From Takakia lepidozioides (taxonomy: Eukaryota; Plantae; Bryophyta), in contig CM060732.1 of NCBI GenBank assembly GCA_030704615.1, forward strand, positions 48,856,001 through 48,920,000: a DNA stretch of 64,000 bases. Direction: 5' to 3'. This document shows, one piece after another, positions 13,281-25,982 of this stretch; positions within the stretch are counted from its first letter, which is position 1, and each line of letters begins with the position of its first letter. The translations under genes and the position numbers were made by a program. The notes below the pieces were generated by a model that was not told the origin of the DNA, did not search any database, and worked only from the letters and a program-made list of their open reading frames with translations.

Positions 13281-14680
13281 ACAAGCAATCTGCAAAGCAG
13301 CTGGGAGACTGCAGTGCATCAAAGGTGAGGATGGAAAAAATGACTATATCTCACTTTTTAAGTCAAAAATTGACGTCGAAGAACCCATTTGAATCATTGA
13401 AAGTGGCAGCACTTTTTGTGAGTAGTGGATGATGATGATCAGAATTCATGTATAATTGTCAGACAGCAGGGTTGCAGTCGTAAAAAAATGTACTGCAGAG
13501 GAGCTGTAGATAATTGCTGGGAATAACTAGCCACAACAGAATACTAAATTTATGGGGATCAAAAGTTTGCCTTGAAAAAGATTCAAGAAGGGACGACCCA
13601 AAACATCAAATGAAGCCTGACTACTCAGAGAAGCCTTACTACTCAGAGAGTGACTTCTTTCCTATAAATGTTGACGGTCCTCCTTACCGATTTGTCTTGA
13701 TCATCATCGCAAAATGTAGTATTGTCTGCTCACCATTCAAAGATTGTAAAACTCCATATGATTTTCACCTCGTCAGATAACTGAAGCTAGTATCAGATAA
13801 CTTAGAGTAATGATATAAGAACTTTTGAGCAAGCAACAACCAGTGGGCCTCTTGGCTTGCAACAGTAACACCTCACTGACATCAATCTCATCCAAATAAA
13901 CTTGTGCCTGAGTCGCAAGATGACAGTAGCCTAATAAATAATAATGGAATTGAAGCACTCCACCAACTCTTTTCCTGCCTTCCCAACCTCATATGTTGCA
14001 TCTCTTAAGATCACAAGGTTTGGAGGAAGCCCAGGGACCATTGGAGTGGTAACTCGTTCTATAGTCAACCTTAATCTTGGCCTCCACTGCTGGTTCCCGC
14101 GTGGTCCCAAATCTTGTGTTCCTATGTGATTTGGTGTCTGTGCATGATGTAAATCCTTGATGTGGCTGGTCCACATGTAGACATGCAATACAATCTTCAA
14201 AAAATCACATAGTAGTGATGCAAAGTCTTAAGCAATACTGTAGTGAATTGTTAGCTTAAAAAACTTTTAAGAGAGTGATATAAAAGAATGATGCTTATAT
14301 ACCCTTGGAGACGTGCATACTCTTGGAAGTACTGTGTCGGAACGTGTATCAGTCGAAAACACCCATTTTCATTGATTCTTCGAATACAGGGCAGTTACCG
14401 TGTGCGCAGAACCCGTGAGCAGATTCCCCCATGCGTGAGCATATTGTAAGCGTGAGCAGATTACTGATGCGGACCCTAAAACCGAGGGGACAAGCTCCAT
14501 GACGACCATGTGGCACGAAAATGCGATGAAAAAGTTACGGATGAATGTATTTGGGATGAAAGTAAAAGGGAATGGATGAACGTTGGATGAGTTTTGGATG
14601 AACAATTGCCCAGATGAGTAAACCATGGATGACTACAACAACATCTATCCTCAGGGATGAACATGCGCAGGGAAGCAGGC

Positions 14681-15857
14681 ATTAAGCTATCGTCAACGAC
14701 AGCTTAATTCGTAGCCCATATCAGCACATGACAAATGAACCCATGAAATAAATAAATATCTCCCCAAGAAAAAACCTTACCCATAAGCATTCATGTGCAG
14801 GGAAGCAGGCATTAAGGTGGCGTCAACGCCAGCTTAATTCCGAGCAGGGGCACATGACATTTCAACACAGGCAAAAAAGCCTTAGCGGTAAACATGTGTG
14901 TGCAGGGGCTGGGGATTAAGGTGTTGTCAACGCCATCTTAATTCCCAACCCCTGTTGGCACATGAGAATTCAACCCAACAGAACAAATTAAAACAAAAAC
15001 CCAAAAATGAATGTGTTGTTGAGTTTAAATAAGTGTATTTTAAATTGGCAGGAGCTAATTCCAGCCCAGAAGACCAGCCAGATTAAGGTGTCGTCAACGA
15101 CACCTTAATCTGGCACATTCGGAAAACCAAAAAAAAAAAAAAAAAAAAAACTGATTTGTTTTTTTTTGTTTTTTGGTTCTTTTTGGGCTGCTCTTCTGTT
15201 TCTATATCCTTAGAGGGGTGGAGATTAAGCTGGCGTCAACGCCATCTTAATCCAAACCCAGACAGACATACATGTAGACAGACAGACATGGTTCTTGAGT
15301 GATTTCTGCTTTGTCTGTTTGTCAATTTCCTTGTGCTTAGAGGGGTAGAGATTAAGCTGGCGTCAACGCCATCTTAATCCAGACCCAGACAGACAGGTAC
15401 ACAACAGACAGACAAACAGACAAACAGATACACAAACAGACGGTACGACTTCAATGGTTGTTTCTTTTCTGTTTTTCAATTTCCTTGAGCTTAGAGGGGT
15501 GGAGATTAAGCTGGCGTGGAATGTGCCTACGTCGTGAGCAGGTGCACACTCACATCATCCAAAGCGGATCCCTTCAAAATCTTTTCTTACACACCACCCT
15601 TGCGAACATGCCAGGTATGTGCGGGAGCATCATGGATGCTCACCAGAATTGAGAATGCCTGAACGCTCTTTGATCACGTGGACTTTATCATGATGGATTT
15701 ACTAAGCATTCTTCTAGCAGGAATGGTTTGGAGACCAACGAGCAAATGATGCGAGAATGCTCTACCCGAACCAAAGACGTTTGTTTGTTTTTGCAATGCC
15801 CACAAGCCTGTGAGCTCCGCAAAACACTAAATAGATTGAAGGAACAATCATCTTAAT
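14681..15857. repeat. Array of seven 28-bp palindromes ATTAAGSTGKCGT-CA-ACGMCABCTTAAT
   Basis: Copies at 14681, 14811, 14915, 15082, 15224, 15351 and a split copy (15505-15517 + 15849-15857); spacers 76-139 bp, partly related to each other. Confidence 0.9.
15518..15720 (+). pseudogene. Captured PLS-class PPR gene fragment
   Basis: EQVHTHIIQSGSLQNLFLHTTLANMPGMCGSIMDAHQ, then (frameshift) RMPERSLITWT, matching the typical PLS repeat text QVHAHII.SG...N.F....L..MY.KCGSI.DA...F..MPER....W. Confidence 0.75.
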
Positions 15858-18301
15858 CCAGACCCAGACAGGTAGCCATTCAGACATACCATTGCAATGA
15901 CTCTCTGTGATGTGGTTGAGCAAATTCACTCAGTGGAGATAGAACACAGGATGCAACATAGGAAGGTCACAAAAAGGGGTGCGACCGATCATGGTCACTT
16001 TCATTAGCGGAGTCAATGTATGTTGGCCTTCTGTTTGGACTTCTAACATGATTTTGTGGATCCATTTGCACTCCTGCAGGGGCTTCGTTCCATGCCTACA
16101 AGTATGCAGGAAGGCATTTTTTTGGGATGGAGGGGGAGGAGCAGCTCTACTCTCAAGTCATCGCACCATTGTCTGAGGGGTCATCGCATTCAACCCATAT
16201 TGAGAATATTGTGGTGGAGCAGGAGTTGCAAGAGCCCGATGCTCTGGATGTCGATTCTGATTTCTCATGTGAGTAAGTGCAAGTTCTGTTGTGGCACTTG
16301 ACTGACACGACGACGCATCTTGGTGCACAAGTTTGGCCAGCATAATATATGTGGAGTTACATTATTGGTATATGTTTGCAGGAGTCCCATGACGCCACAA
16401 TTTCTGCCTTTCTTTGCCAATCCTGAATTTTTCCCAAGTCCAAGAGCAGATTTTGAATTGTCATGTTATGCGGAGGCTGCAGTGTGCAAATTTAGTCTCT
16501 TTTCATCTCCTCCTCATATGCTTTACGACAGAGATGGTTTTGTGCAGAGCAGGGCTAATGTCTTCATAGACAGTTGTGCCTTCGTTTTGGACACTGACTC
16601 CAGTAGCAGTGGATATTCTTCGTCAGAATGAATCGGCTTCTTTCAAATGATTTTTATTAAAGCACCAAATGGCCTCTCCACCTTCTTTGCAATTGGGTGT
16701 GAGCATCTCTCTCGACTGTGCGACCGATCATGGTCACTTTTATCGGCCATTCATCCATCATCATCCGTCATTCATCCATAATGACCTTGTCGGTATGCAT
16801 GTTATACTGGACACTACCCGCAGTAATAGGTCCTCTAAGCCGAACAAGGTCCGTGGTTACAAGTGAGCAGATCCTGAAGCGTGAGCAGAATTCTGCTCAC
16901 GGATTCTGCCAATGCTCAATCCTCTGCATTATAAAAGGTCGACTGTGAAATGTTTCTCAAAACCATGCTTACAACAAAGTACACTAAGTCCACACATTAT
17001 TGGGAAAATTATGACCTGGTTTTCTGTCGAAGACCCGGTTAAAAATGCACCATTAGGTGTCACTACAACAGATCCCGACTTTAATGTCTGCCACATTTGC
17101 CCAGTCGTAGCATATATATGTCTACAAAATGCAAGGGGGCAGTCTTGGTTGCCAATTGTGACCACCAGAAGTCGTATATGCCACCTTGTACCTCCGCCAC
17201 GTCAGGATCTGCCGTCAAACATGTTTGACCAGATAGGGGAAGATGGTAGATACGACTAGGAGTCATGGCCAAAACTGCAACAAGATGACATGGGCATGAG
17301 AATGTATGACTGCCAATATTCACGACTGCACGTGGCGATTGCTGGTTGCCCAAGGAGTGTCTATGTGGAAAATACAAAGATAAATGGATGCAATAGAACG
17401 AGGATGTGACTACAAATGACAACGTGTCTACATATCATTGCTCGCGTGGTTGAAATATTGTGGTGTTGTAGTGTGAATATGTGGTTATTTTTATTTTATT
17501 ACAGCTGTTTGATGGACTAAGTACTTAAGATTTTACAACATTTAAGTAGTTGGATGAATGGCAGTGATGGATGAATTATGACTCATTGGATGAAGACATC
17601 CATCCGCCAAACATCCATGTGCCCTAGATCGGCGGGATTTATGAGTGACGGCGTTCTTCATGCAAGCACACAAGCACGGATATGGCGAGCTGCTGACACT
17701 TTGTATTTTGGAGCAGACATCAGCCTATATGCCTTAGTTTTTGGTTGCAATTTACTCTCCTGTTCCCTAGTCAATATTTGCTATGGCGGCTGAGTTAGTT
17801 TTCCAGACAGAGCTAGTTGAGATGGTCGATTATAGGAGCTGCAGGTGTAGTAATTGCACAGGCAAATGGGGCTTGGGTTTTAGGGCAGTTTTTGTGAGAA
17901 GGTGCTTCTGCTTGCTTTGGGGAGATGGTAGTGAGGTAGTGAGGTAGAGAAGTGGAAGTGGTGATGGTGACGTGAACGAGAGACTTGGGCTTCAAGCTGG
18001 GACTCGGAATTTTGTGTGTGGAAGGATTACACTGATGGAGAAGTAAAAAATCGACTGTTTGGGTCACTGTTTGTTTTCGTGCATTAGTTCCTGCGTTGTT
18101 GCCATTAGACTGGATGTGAAGAAGAAATCGGCTAAGCAGACAACAGACATCCTGAGAAGACTGGTACCTGCTGAAGTGGTGCATGAGGGAGAGACGCTAA
18201 CTGGAGGAGAGATTTGTTCAAGCAAAAACTGGCATTCACAAGGAGCCTTTACGAAACACAAGAGGCACTGGGAATCACAGGTGAAGCTCGAAACAACCAC
18301 C

Positions 18302-18420
18302 ATGCAATGTACCATCAGCCCCGCTGGGGTGGGTGTCCCTTTTTCTGGAACTCGATCCGAAGATGTGGTGGAATGGTTTGAAAGAGTGCAAAGGGCCATG
18401 GATGAGGCGAAGATAAGCAA
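18302..18420 (+). pseudogene. Possible N-terminus of a retrotransposon gag, truncated
   Basis: PFSGTRSEDVVEWFERVQRAMDEAKI resembles the F.G..ED...W start of Ty3/gypsy gag; no downstream domains. Confidence 0.35.
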
Positions 18421-18920
18421 ATCCTTGAATTCAAGATAACAAACTGGAAGCACATATGATTTGTAAAGACAAGATTACCCAAAAGTCAGTATGATCTTGG
18501 GCAGTAAATCTCCCAAATTTGATTGGCCCCAATGATGTCCTCCCAGTACATTTTGAACCCTCTCAGGTATGGGGTGTTCCTGAAATCCATAGCAAGCATT
18601 CAAAGGGACAAACCTGATGGGTCCATGAGAAGTGTCCCTCCAAGTTTTACTGATATTCTGGGTGCATAAGTAACCCAAGTATCTCTATAAGTAGCCATTG
18701 TAGCTTAGTACCAAGATGTTGGTTTCATGGGGCAAAGAATTTGAACACACCTGAAGTCTACATTGGGCTGACATCATGCCTTTGGCACTTCAACTTGTCT
18801 AGTGGAAATCATTTGTGATTGTGCCTTGGCTGACCCCTGCATTGTCCAACTTCCCTGTCTTGACAGACATACCCTATCTCTTCATGATTTTACCACAAAC
18901 ATACATAATTTGAATCATGG

Positions 18921-19330
18921 TCATTGTAAAGAACTATAACTCACAGACGGAGAAGGTGTTCGTAGTGTAGATGATGGGCATTTTTGTCCTGCGACATGAG
19001 CCTGGGCATGTTCTCCTCGGCTCACCGTGGCATCTGCCGATGACACAGTCGCCTCGTACTGGCGTGGGAGGAGTGGATCATCCTCGTCGTCCTCAGAAGA
19101 GCCCTCATGCAAAATTGTAGTCTTCATCATCTTCAGTCTGGCACTTTGCCTTGCATGACCTTGATCCCTAGCTTTTTCCTTCGGAGTGCGTGGCTTGCGA
19201 GGGCGTTTCGCTCCCGCAAGCCTGCACAAACACCTCCATGACCTCTCTCTCAAACAATCACAAACAAATGCAAGCATACATACCTAATACTCTTAAGCTT
19301 ACGCTGAAGCACAACCGCACCCTACCAAGA
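18921..19330 (-). pseudogene. Spliced basic/acidic low-complexity ORF fragment, head-to-head with the CACTA transposase
   Basis: Donor ag|gtatgt (~19283) and acceptor ttgtgcag| (~19221) join LQRKLKSIR|LAGAKRPRKPRTPKEKARDQ...SSEDDEDD in frame. Confidence 0.45.
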
Positions 19331-21442
19331 AGTAATGGCTGCCCACAAATGACAGCGGACATCTCCCGCCTAATGACACAACCTCCTCAAACCTAATTGT
19401 CACTCACCGCATGTTGTTTTGCCTCTTTGTTTGTACAAGTCGCAGCTACTCGCCCCCATTTGTGCTATGAAGCTTATGAGAGCTGTAGGAAGGTCAGAGG
19501 ATAAGGTGAATCACGTGTTTAGTGGGTGGGTAACCAAAGTCAGGAACTAAACTCACCCTTCTATCGACTGCTTGAACGTTGCTTCCACCTCCTTTATGGC
19601 AGCAATCTGGCGCTCTCGGAACTTCTTGTACTCAGTGAGAGGGACTGTCACTTTGAAGACCTTCTGCTTCACCATGGACACTCAGAAATGGCACTTACAG
19701 ATGCAGAAGATATAGAAATAACACATTGGCAGCTGGATGCATAGGCGTAGAATAGATGACCGTCTATGGCGAATGGAAGAAGCTTATGCCACAAGGAATG
19801 GGCATACAAAAATGCTATGCAACTGCGATGAGTGTCATGGAGGAAAACTCTTGTTGTTGGAAACAGTGAGGAATCATTACATGATATACGGGAGGGATCC
19901 TCTTCTCCGACGTTGTTCTCTTCCGGTACGATCGCCACTTTTCCTTCAGCACTTGAGTTTGAATTTTGAATGCAACGATCCTCTTCTCCACATGTCGAGA
20001 TTTCGTTGGGTGTTGTAGTCAAGAAGTCATAAGATACAGACGTGACTATGACTACGTCACTTCCGTTATCACTTTAATTAATGCACATGTCGTGTTTTCA
20101 TTGGTCATGTGTAGTTATGTAGTCATATATGACTAACTAAGTGACTGCAACTATGACTTCAATGGCTACAAATGTCGTGCTTTGATTGGGTGTATAATCA
20201 TAAGATACATACGTCAATATGACTGCATCACTGCAACGTCACCGTGCCTCCCATGTCATAATATGAACAAGTGTCACATCGTTGTTGGTCCACTCACAAG
20301 ATGACTATTGGGGTGCAAGGATGTGAATATTCCGATGATGAAGACGAAGGCCCTGCGGCACAGCGGGAGCCCAATGTCACAGAGAACGCAGATGATGGTG
20401 GTGGATTGGAGGTAAAAATCCAGCGTGCATTGCAGGAAGCGTTTATCTTTGCAGATGCAAATAGAGAGGACCCTATTCATGGTGGAACCAATCACACATT
20501 TGCCGATCATGATGATGACCTCGACGATTCCGGAGACAATGAATTTGATGAGAATGCTCACCTGCACGTTGATCCCGAGTATGATAAACTCTTCCGACAG
20601 TCGCAATGTCCACTTTTTGAAGGGTGCTCGATCAGCTGGCTGCAAACAACTTTGACGTTGCTGAACGCATGCACTACCCACAAGTGCACCAATGCATTTG
20701 TGGATGAGCTTCTGGGATTGTTACGTAAGAGTTTTTTTGCCTAAAGAGAATTCATTGCCGAAAACTCACTATGAAGCAAAAACCATGATTGCCAAGATGG
20801 GATTGCAGTACACCATGATTCATGCCTCTGAGCGTGGTTGTGTACTCTTCCGTGGGGAGTATGAGAATGTAGACATTTGCCCAGTGTGCCGTTGTTCCCG
20901 TTTCATTCCAGGTTGTGGAAGTGTGCCCAAAAAAGTATTGCGACACTTCCCTGTCATTCCAAGGTTGAAACGTATGTACCGATGTAAATCGATCGCTAAC
21001 CTCATGACATGGCACGATAGACATAAGAACCAGGATGGGTTAGTTTGACATCCAGCTGATAGCAAATTATGGAGACACATTGACACCACATTTGAGGATT
21101 TTGCTGCAGAGCCACGATCTGTGCGATTTGGATTGGCATTAGACGGTGTAAATCCCTACGGAGCTCAATCCACCAGTTGGAGCACATGGCCCGTTCTCTT
21201 TGTCAATTACAATCTGCCTCCGTGGTTGATGACCAAAAAGTTTTTTGTCATGTTAGCGCTACTGATTCCTGATAAGGAGTCTGTTACCTCTGACAACGTA
21301 GATGTTTACATGATGCCCCTAGTGGAAGAGCTACTAGAACTATGGAGAGGGATTGCAGCTCATGATGTTTCATGTCCTCGTGGTTAACACGAATTCACAC
21401 TGAGGGCAGTGTTGTTGTGGTCAATCCATGACTACCCTGCAT

Positions 21443-23315
21443 AGGGTGTTGCTACACCATGAGCTTGGAGGCGTGAGCCTGTGAGCCCAGGAGCCCGTAA
21501 GCCCAGCATAGGCTCACGCCACGTCATCTATGAATTCCGAACTTACAGGGTGTATTTCCGCGGGAGGTGCCTATAGCCGCGGATTCACTTATCATTTTCA
21601 GTCATTGCAGATAACGTCTTTTACATCCATCCCACCCCCCGCCCTCGTGTCATAAACAACGATTTGATTAGTGTTCAATTGCCGAAGTGAGAGAGAATGA
21701 GGGTGCTGGTTACATGAAGCTTTCTTACCAGTCCAAACTTAGTAGCAGCTTACAGTGCAGATCCCCAAACCCAAAAGTTAGCGGAGTGGAGTTGAGGCTT
21801 GGACATGTGAAAATCGCCCACATGGAATAGTGTAATTTAGATGTGGTGTACATACTAAGCCCTTGCATGTTTGGAAATGGATGAATGTCCTTGTATTTGA
21901 ATGAAACATTATGCGGGATGGCCGGGATGAAATCAATGTATGCAGTTTGACTTGACACAAGCTAATGCACTTTTGGCAGGTTCCCCTGCAGATGCTTGAA
22001 AAGTATAGTTTGTGGCACCCACACACGTTTTGTTTTTTTTGTTCCCACGAAGATGCCCTGAAAGTAGTGTGCGGCACCGCACACTCCTTTCGGGGCATCT
22101 ACGGTGCACGTTTTCTCTGCAGCTGCCCACTCCACACACGTTTTTTATTTTAATTTTAAATTTTTTTAAATTTTTTCGGCGGAGCACATTTTCTCTGTAG
22201 ATGCCCATCCCACACAAGATTTTTTTATTTTTTATTTTTTATTATCATTTTTTCGTTTCCTCGTAGATGCCCGGAAAACAATGTGCAACACCACACATTG
22301 TTTCTAGGGCTTATGGGGAGCACGTTTTCTGTGCAGATGACCATCCCACATGAGTTTTTTTTTTTTTTTTGGTTCTCTCGCAGTTGCCCGGAAAACAGTG
22401 TGCGGCACCGCACACTGTTTTCAGGGCATCTACGGAGCACGTTTTCTCTACATATGCCCATCCCACACACGTTTTTTTTTTTGGTTTTTTTTTTTTTTTT
22501 CCCACACTTATGCCCGAAAAACAGTGTGCGGGGCACTGCACACTGTTTTCAGGGCATCTGCGGTGTTTTTTTTCTCTGCAGCTGCCCATCCCACACATGT
22601 TTTTTTTTTTTTTCATTCCCACGCAGATGCCCTAAAATTAGTGTGCGGTGCCGCATACTACTTTTAGGGCATCTACGGTGCACTTTTTTTTTGTAGCTGC
22701 TCATCCCGCACACGGTTTTTTTTTTTTTAAATTATTATTATTATTATTATTTATAAGTTCCCATGCAGTTGCTCTGAAAACAGTGTGCGGCACTGCACAC
22801 TGTTTTCAGGGCATCTGCGGTGCACGTTTTCTCTGCAGCTGCCCATCCCACATACGCAATTTTATTTTTTTTGCCTGACAAGTACAGCGGCACAGAACAT
22901 TCTCTCGAAAGACAAAAAATGACCTACAGGTGAGGGGAGAGGCAAAGGAAAGGGAAAGGGGAAGTGAACCTAGACGGGTCTCTTTTCAGTGTCGGTTTAT
23001 TTGCAATATGCAGCTTAAGTTGGCAGACTACACAACGTTGCAGTCAATGAGTCTCTTTTCATTGTCGGTTTGTTTGGACTATGCAACATAAGTCGGCATA
23101 CTCTAAATGCATATTCCCACAGTTATAGGTCCCTCAGGTATAGGTATCTTATGTTTCGTCAAATGTGTTATGACATCTACTGACATGACGGACGCTCACG
23201 CTTATGTGGCGTGAACGCCACGTCATGCAAAGGGAGCTTGGGCTCACGCCACGTCAGCCAAGTGTGAGCCAACTCCCAGGCTCACAGGGCTGGGCTCACG
23301 CCCTAGCTACGATGC
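21443..23315. mobile_element. 1.87-kb non-autonomous element inserted in the CACTA transposase
   Basis: Splits HDYPA|YGLL. 7-bp TSD cctgcat (21436-21442, 23316-23322). Ends AGGGTGTTGCTACACCATGAGC and revcomp GCATCGTAGCTAGGGCGTGAGC; many GTGAGC/GCTCAC subterminal motifs. Confidence 0.88.
22051..22816. repeat. Array of six ~50-bp palindromes AGATGCCCTGAAAACAGTGTGCGG-CA-CCGCACACTGTTTTCAGGGCATCT separated by poly-T linkers
   Basis: Copies at ~22051, 22265, 22382, 22508, 22625, 22767. Confidence 0.9.
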
Positions 23316-25081
23316 CCTGCATATGGCTTGCTCTTAGGTCAAGTGACAAAAGGTTATGTTGGTTGTCTAGCTTGTGGACCCGGGGTGACTTCACAGCAGT
23401 TCCACACATGTGGGAAAACTGTTTTCTTGGGCCACCGAAGATTTCTGGCCCGCAATCCTCCATATAGAAGGTAGATAATGTTCAATGGCACTACTAAGCA
23501 TGGAACTCCTCCAAAAATGCCAACTAGAATACAAATCAGGGAGCTTGCAACAGCTTGCACTGCATGGGTAGAAAACGGAGGGACGCCAGATAGCAGGACA
23601 GACCCAACAAAAACTCATGGAGTTAAGCGATTGTCAATTTTATATGTCTTACCTTATTGGGAGGTAATTCCTTCATGGCCTTTAAATTGGCTGTGTACAT
23701 TTTTGCGTTTTTTGTTTAAATTGTGATGAGTAAATGCTCAATTGCTTATGTGTTCATTTTGTAGGGTCTCCTCATCCGCCACACGTTTGACACAATGCAT
23801 TGCGAGAAGAACTTGGCTGAAAATATTATTAAAACTATCTTTGGTGAGAAAGACACATTGAAAGTTCGCTGTGATTTGGAGCTACTTGGGATGCGCCCGG
23901 AATTGTGGCTATAACGTGATTCTGACAGAGCAGATACGTTAATTATGCCTCCTGCCCCTTATGTCCTCACTGAGGCTGAGTTAAAAGTCTTTTTGGAGAT
24001 TGTGCAGAACTTGTTCAAAGTGCCAACAGGCTACGCATCAGCTTTCAAAAAGCATGTGGTGAAGAAGAAATTGTCTGGCATGAAATCATATGACTATCAT
24101 GTGCTCATGCAACAAATTATACCGCTTGCTATCCGTGGGCTCATGGCAAGTGGTCCTCGCAGGGCCATTTTGCGAGTATGTCGTGTATTTAAGAAGTTGT
24201 GTGCAAAAGTGGTGAATCCTGCAGAGTATGAGGAATTGAGAATTGAAGCAGTTGTCACTCTGTGTCTTATAGAGAAGGAGTTCCCACCATCATTTTTTGA
24301 TGTGATGACACATCTGGTTGTTCACCTAGTGGACGAGTTGTACTTATGCGGGCCCGTAGCATCTCGTTGGATGTACCCCATGGAGCGGGCAATGAAAGAT
24401 ATGAAGGGCTACGTAAGAAACATGGCAAGGCCCGAGGGGAGCATGACAGAAGGATACCAATTTGAAGAAGCATTGGGTTTTGCACAGAGTATATGGCAGG
24501 ATTTGATGGAAGTGTACGAAGGGTGTGGGATGCAGATGAGGGAGAATCTGTGGAACGTGAAGCTGTGGAAGGAAGTTCTAAAGCCCAAAAATTGAATGAC
24601 CTGCGTGATATTGTACATGAGTACATCATTCATAACCATCCTCGCCTGTCAGTCATGTTGGGGTAAGAAATCTATACCATTGACATTCAGATTTCCAAGT
24701 TTTAGTCATTTCTCATTAGTTGGCATATGGTGTCTCTACATATCTCCCACGCCACCTCTGTCAATCTCCTGGCTGACCCTCAGATTGTGACAGGATATAT
24801 GAAGCAGAGTCCACACGGATAGAACCCAGACGACGCTTGTTTCGTGAGGAGCAAGGGCTGGAAGACATGAGCAATCCAACGGCAATTCAGTACCCTCCTG
24901 ATTTGCATCCCCATTTGTTGTTTGGCTCCCTCAAGGTGTACGGGATCATCTCTAAACTCAATCAGATGGACTTGATCCTACAACACGTGAGGAATTACTG
25001 GATTCAAGGCCTCCATTATTTACTGCCATGTCATTCAAGAGTATGACAACGTATGGTAACCATTACACCCTACAGGGTTAC

Positions 25082-25982
25082 TGTCGAGCGGCTTTTACTC
25101 ACCCATCCCTTCGTTATCCGAGGTTGAAAACTCCAAGATAGAAGAGTTGGATATCTCTAAGCACTCAGCCCACTCAGAACAATCAGTCATGACCTGCAGC
25201 TAGTGAATCATGGTTGTATTCCTTTCTGCCTTCATGTTATCAATTTACCTTACCGTGTATATTGAAGCATCAGATTGCTTCAGTATCTACTAAGTTCCAA
25301 TTAATCATGCATTCATTCCACAGCTTCTGTCGTGTCTCTCTACACAGTATGTTTATATCGATTCAGTATCGGATTAAGATTAATCATGTATCATGCCTAA
25401 GCCATGGTGTCTCTATTCTACCCTACTATATAATTTTACAGCTTGCATGAACTAAGCCTCTTTCAAGTCATCATCTCCTCTTCACTGTTTCCGCTCTCTG
25501 TTACGTCTCCTCCTCTCTCGAACAAGTCGCCCTCCTCAAGAAGCGATCCCCTTCTTGTTGCCGCTCTGCCTAATCTACCCGCAAGCTGTTCTAACCACCT
25601 AACTAACTAACTGTCACCCCTGAAGTAACACGTTCCCTCTGCAGGATGTCGTTCCCACACAGTCATTCCTTGTCAATGATAACTATTCCCCATGTACTGT
25701 GACAGGCTGTGTCAAGCTGTGCCGAACTGTGACTGACTGTGTAAAGCTGTGTCGGGCTGTGACTGGCTGTGCGAAGCTGTGTCGAGCTGTGACTTGCTGT
25801 GCAAAGCTGTGTCGGGCTATGTGAAGCTGTGTCAGGCTGTGACTGGCTGTGTCGGGCTGTGCAACCCTCCTAAAGCCTGCTCCTGCCACCCCTAAGGCTC
25901 CTGTTGGTCTCAGTCTGCGCAAAAATTAAGGCTACCCCACAGAACCCGTAAAAGCGTCTAAGTCCCAAGCAGCCCTCTAACA
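25082..25982 (-). repeat. 3' LTR of Ty3/gypsy copy A
   Basis: TG...CA ends; polypurine tract gagagggggaggggtaa (minus strand) at 25983-25999; homologous to the LTRs at 34214, 39572 and 59408; internal GCTGTG 10-bp tandem repeats. Confidence 0.92.

Larger units (their letters stand above)
14386..16925. mobile_element. Non-autonomous TIR-like element carrying a palindrome array and captured gene fragments (boundaries approximate)
   Basis: Left gcagaacccgtgagcagattc is inverted at the right as gaattctgctcacggattctgc; clustered GTGAGC motifs at both ends; no clean TSD found. Confidence 0.55.
19688..25081 (+). pseudogene. CACTA/En-Spm TnpD-type transposase, decayed and interrupted
   Basis: Transposase-associated domain (CNCDEC...VRNHYMIYG); Transposase_21 motifs (IHASERGCVLFRGEY...CPVC...KVLRHFPVIPRLKR, LALDGVNPY, WSTWPV...NYNLPPW, LIP, IHDYPA|YG); LPYWE; DTMHCEKN; DUF4218 (GMKSYDYHVLMQ, FPPSFFDVMTHLVVHL, GPV..RWMYPMER). 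Stops and frameshifts; cut by an LTR at 25082. Confidence 0.92.

Noticed and set aside
13500-14340. Short ORFs as a gene (also 16930-17420 and 18440-18900)
   Set aside because: No motif or consistent exon chain could be supported.
14681-15857. True CRISPR array
   Set aside because: Eukaryotic context, no cas genes, and spacers are long, unequal and partly homologous to each other.
19400-25081. CACTA terminal inverted repeats
   Set aside because: No CACTA/G terminus with a 3-bp TSD was found; the ends are lost or lie beyond the nested insertions.
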